Of a stretch of 64,000 nt of DNA, positions 53,170 to 64,000 are shown piece by piece (the first letter of the stretch is position 1; each line of letters opens with the position of its first letter). The stretch is taken from positions 109,928,001 to 109,992,000 of the forward strand of contig NC_058368.1 in the NCBI RefSeq assembly GCF_018350175.1, in the 5' to 3' direction. The notes beneath the pieces were generated by a model. The model was not told where the DNA came from, ran no database searches, and was given only the letters and a program-made list of their open reading frames with translations. This DNA comes from Felis catus. Its lineage: Eukaryota. A program made the translations under genes and the position numbers.

Positions 53170-53800
53170 GCTATTAGTGTCCTAGGGAGAGGGGTTTCGC
53201 GGTAGGCTGGGAGAGAATGTGTAAATAAATGACCCAGGATAATATGTGCTGTGCCTGGGAAGGAAGGATGCCAAGAGAGAGAAGAGCAAGGAGGCCTAAT
53301 AAGATGTGAGTGGGAGTGGTGGGAGAAGTCTGGGTGGGAGCCATTTCAGTGGATATCCCTGAGAGGAGAAACCAGAGAGACCAAGAATAGGAGAAAGGGC
53401 AACGTAGTCGGAGACACAGCTCATGCAAAGGCCCTGAGGTAGGACGGGGCTTACAGTGCTCTGGGAACTGAAGAAGGCCAGTGTGTCTGAAGCACAGGGA
53501 ACATTGTGGGGGTGTGTGGCACCCCTGTAGTGAGAGAGGCGCTGCGCAGCCAGGCAGAACAGGCAGGGCCACGGTTTCTTAGTGGGAGACCTGAGGATTT
53601 TCATTTAAGGCAATGGAAGGTAATTCGAGGATTTTGAGTCAGGGAGGGATGTGATCTGCTTTGCATACTAGAAGGATCACTCCAGGCCAATGGGCCGCTT
53701 CGGGGGAGGAAAGGATGCAGAGACCCCATTTAGGAAGTTGGGGCTGTAGTTGAGGGAGGGGCAGGTGGTGAGTGTGGGGAAGGAGGGTAGAGGAAGGGAC
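53170..53800 (-). mobile_element. L2 LINE relic
   Basis: GCAAAGGCCCTGAGGTAGGA, GGAACTGAAGAAGGCCAGTGTG and AGAAGGATCACTCCAGG are reverse L2 phrases. Confidence 0.7.
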
Positions 53801-54632
53801 GGGGCTCGGACACCATTCACATGAAGAGCCCCGCGAAAGGGGTGTCACCATTCAGATGAAGAACCCTGCGAAAGGGGTGTCGGGACTGACTCCCTCCTGT
53901 GCTCCTCGCTTGACCTCTTGCATAATACAATGATATTTCCTGAGGTGGGGTGGGCTGGAGCCTTGATGTGCTGTTTCTGTCTTGACTGATAACCCTCTAA
54001 CCCTTCCTCAGGCATTTGCTCTGAAATGTAGATTATGATCATATCCTTGGCCCCTTCAGTGAAAAAGGCTTGAAGGGGATTTCTTAACAATTGCATTCCT
54101 GTTACTAAAAAGCCTCAGGAAGAGGGACAGACAGGAGTCTCCATTGTCCAGGCTGCTCTCCCTACGGCCCTGAGGGCCGAGGAGTGTTCAGCAGGCAGTC
54201 CAAGCGGCTGAAGCCAGACAGAGGTGGGGGGGTGCCCAACCCTGATGCGTGCCTTACCCACCTCCACCCTGCGGTGTGGGCCACGGCCTCTGAGCATAAA
54301 CCCAGCTTCACACGTGCAACAGGGAGAAGCCATCGGGTCTTGTGAGAGCGTAAATAAGTATAGTGCGTTTTCTGTTTAATTATCCAGTCTCCGGAGAACG
54401 CTAAGTCATGTCTGCGTTGGGTAAACAGGCACGAGCAAGCCATTTTGGAGAACAGCTTACATCAGTGTATTTGTTTTGTTTCAATTCCAATCTTCCTGAG
54501 TGTGCCACAGCTCTGATGAATTCCTGATTGGGTGGGGGGGGGGGGGCGGTCCCTGAGCCTGGCCGAGGGCTCTGCTGCTCCCAGCACCCATGGAGCTCCT
54601 GGCAGTTTCTGCCTTTAAAGGAAATATGACTC

Positions 54633-54841
54633 GGGGCACCTGGGTGGCTCAGTCGGTTAAGCGTTCGACTTCGGCTCAGGTCAGGATCTCGTGGTTCATG
54701 GGTTTGGGCCCGCGTCAGGTTCTGTGCTGACAGCTCAGAGCCTGGTACCTGCTTCCGATTCTTTGTCTCCCTCTCTCTCTGCCCCTTTCCCACTCATGCA
54801 TGCTCTCGCTCAAAAATAAAAACATTAACAAAAATTTTTTT
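54633..54841 (+). mobile_element. Can-SINE
   Basis: Head GGGGCACCTGGGTGGCTCAG. TSD aaaggaaa(t/c)atg(a/g)ctc. Confidence 0.92.
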
Positions 54842-55368
54842 AAAGGAAACATGGCTCACAGCCTCTGTTCCTGACCAGCAGGCCTCCTGAGGACCTTGGC
54901 CCACCACTTCCTGGTCCAGGGTGAGCTATAGACAGACTCTGTCTTCCCCCTGGGTAACCCCCTGTGTTCTAGTTTTAAGGCCCATCTGAGAAGCAGCAGC
55001 CATAGTTTTGGTCACTGAGTATTAACATGGCAGAGAGCTCAGTGAATCCATCTGTTGGAAGGAAAGGAGGTCAGTGGGGTGGGGGCGTGTTGGCCCCTAG
55101 CAGCCTGGTTTGGGCCTTGGCACAGGGGGTGCAGGGCTGGAATTTGGAGGAGCCCTGCCCCTCACTGGATGGTGATGCTACGGGCACAAGCAGGGAAAGG
55201 GAAGCACAGAGAGAGGAGGCCTCAGGGGGCAGTGGTACGAGGTGAGGCTGAAGGTCAGGAGCCAGGCCGGCAGGACCTCATGGCAATGGTGGGGACTTTG
55301 GGTTTTATTGCACGAGAAGCCCTTGGAGCATCTTAAGCAGGAGACTCAACTGGTCTGATTTATGCTTT

Positions 55369-55589
55369 CTTTCTTTTTTTTTTTTTAAGTTTATTTATTT
55401 TGAGAAAGAGAGAGAGAGAGAGAGAGAGAGAAAATGATGCGGGGAGGGGCAGAGAGAGAGGGAGACAGAGGATCTGAAGCAGGCTCTGTGCCCTCAGCAC
55501 AGAGCCCTATGTGGGGCTCAAACTCACCAACTGTGAGATAGTGACCTAAGCCAAAGTCAGCCACTCAACGGACTGAGCCACCCAGGGCC
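55369..55589 (-). mobile_element. Can-SINE
   Basis: Reverse SINE with long (GA)n. TSD ctgat(t/g)tatgcttt. Confidence 0.92.
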
Positions 55590-56059
55590 CTGATGTATGC
55601 TTTTAAAGACAATCTGTGCATAGGCTGAGACATCTTCAACTACATTAACCCTGAGTGGAAATGGGGCTGACTGATAAGGAAAGGCTGTCATCTCCCTAAG
55701 GGGAAGGCCCTGGGTAGGTTCATTCGTGTGTCCAGGATGTCATCAGGCCCTCGGGCTCTCTTTCTTCTGTCCCTCAGCCCACAGTGTGCGGCCATACTGG
55801 ACAGTTCTGGGCATCGCAGGCAGGCACTACATTGTACGGTGGGAGGAGGGCCTCTTCCTGGTGTGTGAGCCGTAAGGACAAGGAAGGCCCCGTGCGGACT
55901 TCCCCTCAGGTTTCATTAGCCAGATTTGAGTCTCGTGCTCACCCCTAGAGCACATACTGGCAAGAAACTGCTGTGACTGGCTGGGGAGGCCTGGTGCTGG
56001 GGGAGGAGGTGGGCCAGCTGGGACTCAGGAAGGGGTGGAGGGAGGACAGAACAGGCAGC

Positions 56060-57040
56060 AGAGGAAGCAGGGAGATCTGTTAGGGGCCTGTGGTCTGGGG
56101 GTTGGTGGCTTGGGTCACAGCAGTGGCCGCAGAGGTGCTGAGAGACAGACGGATTTGGGACACATGTTGGGGGGCAGGGCCAACGGATCTGCCAACTGAC
56201 TGCATGGAGGGATCGAGGATGATTATTACTGGGGTTTTGGCCTGAAAAACTGGGCGGCTGTTGGTTCCATTTGCTGAAAGGCTGAGGGAGAAAGCGTAGA
56301 CCTTTTAGGTACAACCCAGGTTCTGTTTTATGGCAGTTGGTAGACGGAGGGGTGGGCAGTTGGCTGCATGAGTCTGGGGCTCAGGAGAGTGGACCAGCCC
56401 AGGGATAAGATGTTGGGATCCATCGATGTCTAAGTGATATTTAAAACCACGGGACCAAGAGAGATCACAGGGGACTATGCGGAGAGGGGAGGGGCCTGAG
56501 AAGTAAGGCCTGGGACCCACCAAGGTTTCATGGAGGAGGATGAGCAGAGTCACACAGACCCTGAGCAGGAACCTGTGGGGTCCCTGTGTCTGGTGCTGTC
56601 AGGAGCTCTGGTCAGACCAGGACTCAGGTTTGATCACGGGCTGTGGTGACAGGGAGGGCCTTTGGGACCTGGACATTTGGAATCACTAACATTTCATTAG
56701 AGCACTAGGGAATAAAGTCATCTCTGGAATGGACTGGGAGCGAACGGGAGTTCTTTACAAGAGTTCTGCCAAGAAGGGGAGCAGAGAAATGGAAAGAATT
56801 TTTTTTTTTCCAGGTGTCTTGTTTGTGAGCCCAGGGGAAGATACAAATGGAGAGGGAGAAATGCATGATGCAGAAGAGAGGAGGGGTGCTTTTAGAAGAA
56901 AAGCCTCTGAGTGAGAGCAGGGAGCCCCCAGAGAGTAAGTGCGGGGCCTGGCTTCTGAAAAGGCAGAGGCTTTGTGCTTCTGAACAGAAGGGGGCTGCAG
57001 AAGGAGATGAGAGGAAGTGCTCTTCATGGCAGAAGGACAA
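56060..57040 (-). mobile_element. L2 LINE relic (boundaries approximate)
   Basis: GGTTTTGGCCTGA...TTCCATTTGCTGA, GAGTCTGGGGCTCAGGAGAG and GATATTTAAAACCACGGGAC are reverse L2 phrases. Confidence 0.65.
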
Positions 57041-57065
57041 GAGAAAGCCCATTTGGCACAGGTTT

Positions 57066-57277
57066 GCAGTTCTCAACCTAAGGCGATTTTGCAAACCCCG
57101 CCCCGGGACATTGGGTACTGTCTGGAGATAATTTTGGTCGTTAGGACTGAGGGAGGTGGTGTTTCCCTGCTGGCGTCTAGTGTGGTTACTAGCTAGGGAT
57201 GCTACTAAATAAACATCCTACAATGCACAGAATAGTCCCCACAATAAAGAATTATCCGGCCCCACATGTCAAAAGTT
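57066..57277. mobile_element. MER20 hAT-Charlie DNA transposon fossil
   Basis: CAGTTCTCAACC...GATTTTGC...TGTCTGGAGATAATTTTGG...GGGATGCTACTAAA...CATCCTACAATGCACAG...AAGAATTATCCGGCCCCACATGTCAA. Confidence 0.85.
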
Positions 57278-58916
57278 ACGTTAGCAATAACGACGGGATG
57301 GTACAGCCCTCAAATATTTTATCTACTGACAATGCGTGTCTTCCCACTGGCCCGTCCTAGGCAGGGCCTGTAGGCACGTGAGGATACAGCCTTGTCTGAA
57401 TCCGCACCTGAGTGGTTATACCACGGGATGAGAGGAAGCCCTTCTTCCCTTGCCCTGGCCCGACAAGGCCAAACCTTACACAGGGCCTCGGCCATCATGC
57501 TCTCCTGCCAACGCCAGCCTTGGTGGACCTGCCTGCTGCGCCCGGCGGTGGTGGTGGGGTCTTGATGCAGGCAGGGGAGGGGGGAGGGGCAAACCTCAAA
57601 AGAGTGGCTGTTATGATCATTGTAGTTGTGACACAGAAACCAACTCATTTGCCTTTGCTGGAACCTTCCTTGTGTCAGGCAAGATGCATGGCACCAAAAT
57701 ATCTGGATGTGAGAAATCTCTTTTCCTTGCATAGGATATTTATCTCTCTCTTTGTCTTGGGTAGGTTCTTTAAATTATCTTTCCGAGAGAACCCTATAAT
57801 ATATGCTTTGTCCAAGGACAGATCTCGGTAAGAAAAATGCTTCTGGTTTCCCCTCCAAAGACTCCTCTGCCATCTGTCAGTTTGGAAATCTCCACATCTT
57901 GACCCACGGCAAATTGCTTCTCGCCGCGCCCGACATCGCGCCTGCCTTGCCAGGCACACGCGGAGGCTGCAGGCTGGCTGAGTGAACGGTCCATTTTAGG
58001 GATGAATGAGCCAAAATCTCATCCACCTCTCCTCATCTTTACAGTTACAGCCAAACTGCCCCCGGAGTCCCTCTGCGTCCCCTGCTTTCTCTTTGTCTCC
58101 TTCGGGACTGCTTCCACGTAGGACCTCATTGTTGGTGGAAACAGCAGCCTCTTCCCGGGAAAGGTCTCCACGTGCAGGCCCCCTTCCCTCCCACCTGCCT
58201 GGCATTTAAGCCCCACCGGCACCTGACTTCCAGCCTTCTCTTCCAGAGCCCACACTTAGCTTGAGCCCAAAGGAACTCCTTGCCATGGTCCACCAGCGTC
58301 CTGGCTTTCTCATGCTTGCCTGCGTGTTGGCACCACCTCACGGGGGAGCTCAGCCTTATGCAAATACATCTCTGGCGTCTGAGGGTGAAATGGGTGTGGC
58401 TGTTGCCCGGGACCCAGAGGAGGTCCCTGAGAGCCTCGGAGGCAGAGCTGCCTCAGCACACAAACCCTCGAAAATGGAGAGGTTCCAGCAAGGAATCACA
58501 AGGATAGCAAAGAAACGAAAGGTTTAACATATTACCTTCTGCAACTTAAAGAAAAGCATCGTTCGCTGGGCTGAAATCAGAGAACTGGCCTGCAGTCCCC
58601 ACGTAGGGGAGCCGTCCCCTGGCCGAAGATGCCTGGAGGGTAAGCCACCCAGCATTTCTGCAGGGTGGGCAGCCCTGGGTCTCAGGCCCCTGGCAGAGCC
58701 GTCCTCGTGTAAAGGACGGGGAAACCGAGGCCCAAAGACTTAACGGTGGCAGGACTGACACCCCGCAGTTCAGCGCACTGAACCAGGAAGTAAAAAACTT
58801 CCTAGTGCCCCGTTTTAGTGCACTGGGGTTAGAGAGAGAGAGGGGAGCAGTTATAAATACAAGAAGAAAATCTAGCAGCTAACAGGTCAGAGAAAGGTAA
58901 TTTAAGAGTTAAACGT

Positions 58917-59121
58917 GGGGCCCAAGGTGGCTCAGTTGGTTAAGCATCTGACTTCGGCTCAGGTCATGATGTTACTCATGGTTCGTGAGTTCGAGCCCGG
59001 CTTCAGGCTCCGTGCTGACAGCTCAGAGCCTGGGGCCTGCTTCGGTTCCTCTGCGTCCTCTCTCTCTCTGCCGCCTCCCCTCTAGAGCTCTATCTCTCTC
59101 TCTCAAAAATAAATAAACACT
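58917..59121 (+). mobile_element. Can-SINE
   Basis: SINE head, body and tail. Flanking taagagtta is duplicated. Confidence 0.9.
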
Positions 59122-62100
59122 AAGAGTTAGTGTCTCTGCACCCTTCTGCGGAGCCCTTCAGCCAGGCTGGGGGAGGTGGGCAAGAGAAGCCTCTGGGATT
59201 CGGTCCTGGCACCAGTGTTCCAAGCAGCGGTAGGGACCCCTTGATGTCCGTCTCATGTGTGTTCTGATTGTGGCTACAGCTCCGAATGACTTTACACTTA
59301 CAACTGAACAGTTTCATGCAGGCTGCAGCTGCTGCAGTGGTCCCTGCACCCCTGGCTCAGGGGTGGGGGGACACTACAGCGGAAGCCAGCATGCTGACAC
59401 TTGGCTTCCACGTCAGGAGGCCTGCAAGCCCAGTGTGGAGACGTGTTTGGGTTGTCCCTGGGATGCAGCCCACGTCAGGAACCTGCAGCCAAAGCTGTGC
59501 AAGGCCGGGCAAGGTTTCTTTTTTGTGCATTGCGAAAACACGCTCAGGTTCAGGTTCAAAGGTGGAAGTCTTTGGGATAAAATAATCATCTGGGTTCTAG
59601 GGAGTCGAGACTGTGTCTCTTATGCCAAACAGATGAACAAACCATGCAGATACCCCAGGACCAGCTCTGCCCCGTCGCCACTTCTCCATCTCCAGACACC
59701 CCAGTTTCACCCCCCAGGTGTCTTGCTTTATGCTGACATCGGCTGCCTGAAGCACCCCTGTGAGGCAGCCCTTCCTGCCCACTATAACCCCATCTGTAGC
59801 AAGATGACCCTGCACAGCCTCACCTCCCACCTCCGCTTCAGCCCATGAGGAAGGGGAGGGTTTGGAGAAACTAATTCATGCCAAGCAGCTGACAGCAGGT
59901 CCTGGTCCCAGCTGTTTCTGGTTGCACCCCTGCCGGTGTGCACCAGAGCCCTCATCTGCAGGGGTCTCGGGAAGGCCGGAGGTGGGGATGTGACCCTGAC
60001 ACCAGGAGGCCTCCACCTGCCCTCAGGCCCACGGACGCTGCACACCACGGTTTCCCTGCAGACCACAGGGACAGCACAGCAGTCCCTGAGAAGCACTGGG
60101 AGTCATCGGTGGCCCCGAGTTCCTTTTGGTAAGCCCACGGTGCTTCAGGAGGGTAGAATTTCTGCCTCAGAACCCAGCTAAGTGCTCAGCTACACCGATA
60201 TGGTGTGGCTGGAAAGCAAACCTGAATATGGAAATCCATCCACCTCTTCTTACGGTGGCTCACACTAGCCCGCAGCCTCAGTGCCTGTGGGGAGCCAGAC
60301 CCCGTGCAGCCCCAGGTTGTGGCCTGACCCCTGGCTCTTCCCGGCTGGGGCTAGCCTGAGCTCTTGTGGCCCTGGTACAATGATCACTACGGGACCTCCA
60401 GCCTAGATGGCCTGGACCGTCCCTCACCTTCCCCGGCCAGTCCCCCGTCCTGGGCCCAACCCTCACCGTCCTTTCTCATTCCTTCAGCCTCTTGTCCCCA
60501 GGGTGTGGTCACCTCCTTTTCCTCAGGCCTTTTAGCTCGGCTGTCCCTCCACTCCCCTAGCCACAGGCCAGAGCCATGCCAGAAGCCTGCTCCAGACCCG
60601 CGTTGTGGGCACTCACCGACACCTGGGGACAGTCTGGAGCCCCCAGGGGAGCTGACACAGCCCCTTGCCCTTCTGCCTGCTGCACCTGCCTGAAGCTTCC
60701 CAGGCTGCCCATGTGGTCATATCCTCCTGCAGCTCATGTTCGAAACAAAGCACGATCGCAAGCCTCATGCCACGTTCTGTGGAGACCAGGTCAACGGGCC
60801 CCCGTATGCGCCGATGTCAGCTGAGAAGGAGGCACCAATTGGGGTGTGGTGGCGTAGGGGTGAGGGTAGGCAGGTCAAGAGCGGTGGGAACTCTGTCCGC
60901 CTGGTTTTCACCTGCATCCCACACAGACCCATCCATCCCAGTAAACATCAGCTGAGTCAAGAAGTAATGAGCTTGCTGACCGAAGCGGGGCGAAGAGGCA
61001 GCCTAGATGCAGAGAGACAGGAGAAGGCCGTGGACCGTGGCCGCCTGGATTTTCCAGGCCCCTGTGCATGGGCCCCACAGGAGGGAGCCCATCCTCAGCT
61101 ACACACCTGGTAGGGTAGGAGCCTGATCCTGTGGCTCAGAGACCTGAAGGGAATGGCTCAGGGCTGCAGGGTGGCCGAGCTCTGGTTTATCCATGGCAGG
61201 ACCATGCTGCCCCCAACAGTGAGGTGGAGACACGCTGAACGGCCTCATTTTGCTGTAGCTCCCTCCCCCTTCATGTTCACTCCTGCAAGGGGGATTGTTG
61301 AATGACTCCAGCCAAAATGTGCTCTCCCCAGAGGCTGCCAGCAGCCCTGCCGATCTTGGTCATGCGGCCCCCACCCAGGCCCACAATGAGGCACGTGACC
61401 TCTTGTTAAGGGTGTGACTACGTAGCACCGTGGGCCTGCTGGATGCTGGATGGAACTGTCTGAGCATGTGGCCGGCGGAGGGGGCTTCTGCATGCAAACA
61501 CAGATTTCACAGACCACGCATACGGTCAATGTGGCTGCTGAGCATGGTTTCCAGGGCACTGACTGTGGGGGCTGAAGATGAGTTTCCTTTGTCACGGCAG
61601 TACTGCAGATAGGCTGGGAGTCGTGGGCTGAATGGCTTTGTCTTATCCTGAAATAACCTGGTCTAATGAGCTCCTGCACACGAGGGGCGGGAACCAGGGA
61701 AATGTGCCCATTAAATGTATGTGGTTCAGGAGGAGGCCTGGCCCGCTCCTGGCTAAAGAGCAGCCGAGGCAGCTGCCTGGTGGGCCACGGGCCTGGCTGG
61801 CTTGGACAGGGTCCACTTAGCAGCCCGGCCTCAGCCCCCTCCCCCAGAGCTACCTTCCACACTGGCTCCCCTCACAGAGAAGGCAGTGGGCCGGCAATGG
61901 TGTCAGCAGAGCCCGGGAAATTCCGTAGGGCCAGGGCTTCAGGACTGTCCCTCTGTGAGAAGGGGGGGTGGGGCCCATCTCTTCCTGGCCCCTCACTGAC
62001 CAAGAAGTAGGGGGTCCCCGGTGATGGAAAGCAAAGCACACCATCTATCCCTGCCCTTTGCTTGCCTGGGAGCTGGGCATGTTCCCTTCTGGAGCAGGCC

Positions 62101-63585
62101 CAGGACCCTCGAATGGTCAGCCTGTGGCAGCCGAAGTCATAGTGGTGGTGGTGGTGGGGGGTCGCTGGTGCAGAGTAATGGCTAGAGGAAGGCCATGACC
62201 TTGCTCACCCCCGCAGGAATGAGAAAGGGGTGGGCGTGTCACCTCCCCCAGTGCCCTTGGAGAGCATGGAAACTGCCATAAGTCCCAAAGGTGAAGGGTT
62301 TGATCCGCTGGCTGGGCAGGGTGAGTTCCTGTCCTTGCATTGGCTCTAGCCCTGGGGTCTCTGTGACCCCATTGCAGGACCACTGTCCTTGGAAGATGGA
62401 CAGTAGTAGCAGGAAACCCGGTGATTCTGGTTCAACAGGTCCTGCTAGGGAGGGGCGGGAAAGGAGTGAAAGGCAAGGGGGCAGGTGTGGAGGAGAACAG
62501 GCTTAGGTACCCCAGAGCTTAACGGAGTGGCTGACAGGGCCTCTCCCAGGCCAGGCTCCAGAGGGCCACAGGCCAGGTGATAATGCTGCACCGCAGAGCA
62601 TCTCCACACCCATAGCCATGTCAGCCCCATGAAGGGGCTGGTAGGGAGCACATGCTTATCTCACAGGGGAGGTAGCTGAGGCCAAAAGAGGAGCTACTAC
62701 TTGGAAAAGGTTTCAGAGTAGATCCTCTCCCTGACGCTTCAGCCAATCAGCACAAGGGAGGCAGCAGGGCCGCAGCGAGGCCTCGGGCACCTGTGGTCGG
62801 GCAGGGCTCTCCTGCCAACAGATGTCTGAGTCTATCACTGAAGGCTCGCTTCACAGTTGAAGTGAGCCTGGGAAAGTAAAGCCTACCATGGCTATCAGTC
62901 ATTAACACTCAGGATGCTGCTAGATTACTTCTAGCCGGTGGGGGCATGGTTTGCTTGGGGCAGGGGAGGGGGTCCAGAGAACAGAATGGAAGCTTCCAGG
63001 AAGGTCACTAGACACAGGAGATGCCTTCCCAAACCTTCAAACTTCACTGGCTTGGCTGGGGTGCGAAGGGCTGGGGCTCCTTAGGGCAAGCACGTGCAAC
63101 CACGACTCCTGGGGAGGGTAGCTCACACCCCACACTTGTGCCAATGGGCACCTCAAGCCCCGTGAGCCAGGTGTTCCGGGCTGTGGAACCCCAAACGCAG
63201 CTCCAAATGATGTCAGGGGTATTTGCTTTTCTAGATTAGGTCCCGGCCTCTCGAAGCTTTGCCTGTATTTCTAAAAGCTATCTTTGTTTGCTGACTGTTG
63301 TAAACCACCCGATAGAATGTTTGAATTCAATCAAAACATGCTCTAACCCTCCAGAAAGCACCTGCATGGCTCCAACATGTGTGTCTCAGAGGCTCTCCTT
63401 ACTGTTGTAAAGGTCATGGTGCACAGTCCTAACTCACTGGCCAGCTCACCTGCCCTCTCTGCAGCCACCCGCAGCTGTGCAAACTGACGGGGCCACACTG
63501 AGAGGCCAGGCACTCGAGGCAGGAGACAAAGCTGGCTGGGCCAGGCGAGGCCTTCCCCTCCACTAACCAAACCAGCAGGCCCAAC

Positions 63586-63586
<1 letters not shown>

Positions 63587-63625
<39 letters not shown>
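63587..63625. repeat. (GT)n microsatellite
   Basis: About 19 perfect GT units. Confidence 0.97.
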
Positions 63626-63629
<4 letters not shown>

Positions 63630-64000
63630 CTTTTCCTTTAGTCTGAAATTATTTCCTTTCTAACTTACACCTTTTTATGAGGCTTTGGTAATAGTAAAAG
63701 CTACTTGTCCTTACTTGGCCAAATGAAAAAGTGGCAACCCTAAAGTAGGTCTCAGGGTTATTTTTTTAATTAAAATAATTAAGAATACATTATTATTTTT
63801 TTAATTAAGAAAGTTGGTTTGTGAAACCTGGACTGTAGGTGTTGGTATGACACTGGGACACCAGCATTCACCTCTTGGTCAGCTCACTGTGCCTTCGGTG
63901 GCAGGGATGGCCAGTGGTTCAACGTGTGCACCAAACTGCATTGTGTTGAGAAGGCGTCTGGACCACACCCAGGCCCAGAACAAAAGAACATTGTCAGTGA

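Overview
Mammalian genomic DNA, most likely a felid (feline-type Can-SINEs and young L1 3' ends). The whole window lies inside FSTL4 (follistatin-like 4 / SPIG1), transcribed on the minus strand. Seven internal coding exons are visible at 43733-43567, 26468-26348, 11822-11661, 11250-11116, 10098-10072, 6273-6155 and 1193-1044. All have AG/GT boundaries and splice in frame (881 nt), encoding the two Ig-like domains and the start of the C-terminal beta-propeller-like region. From memory these correspond roughly to human exons 7-13. The rest is intron: 18 Can-SINEs, nested L1s, L2/MIR relics, DNA-transposon fossils, LTRs and microsatellites. I found no evidence of a wholly new biological system. 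The most notable items are a 27-nt microexon with neural-microexon-like flanks, an ~840-bp non-L1 retroposed insert with L1 hallmarks inside a MER21-type LTR, a recent 346-bp tandem duplication with a templated junction, a near-perfect CTCF motif, and a small solo LTR just upstream of an exon. Repeat family names come from recalled consensus sequences, not from a database search.
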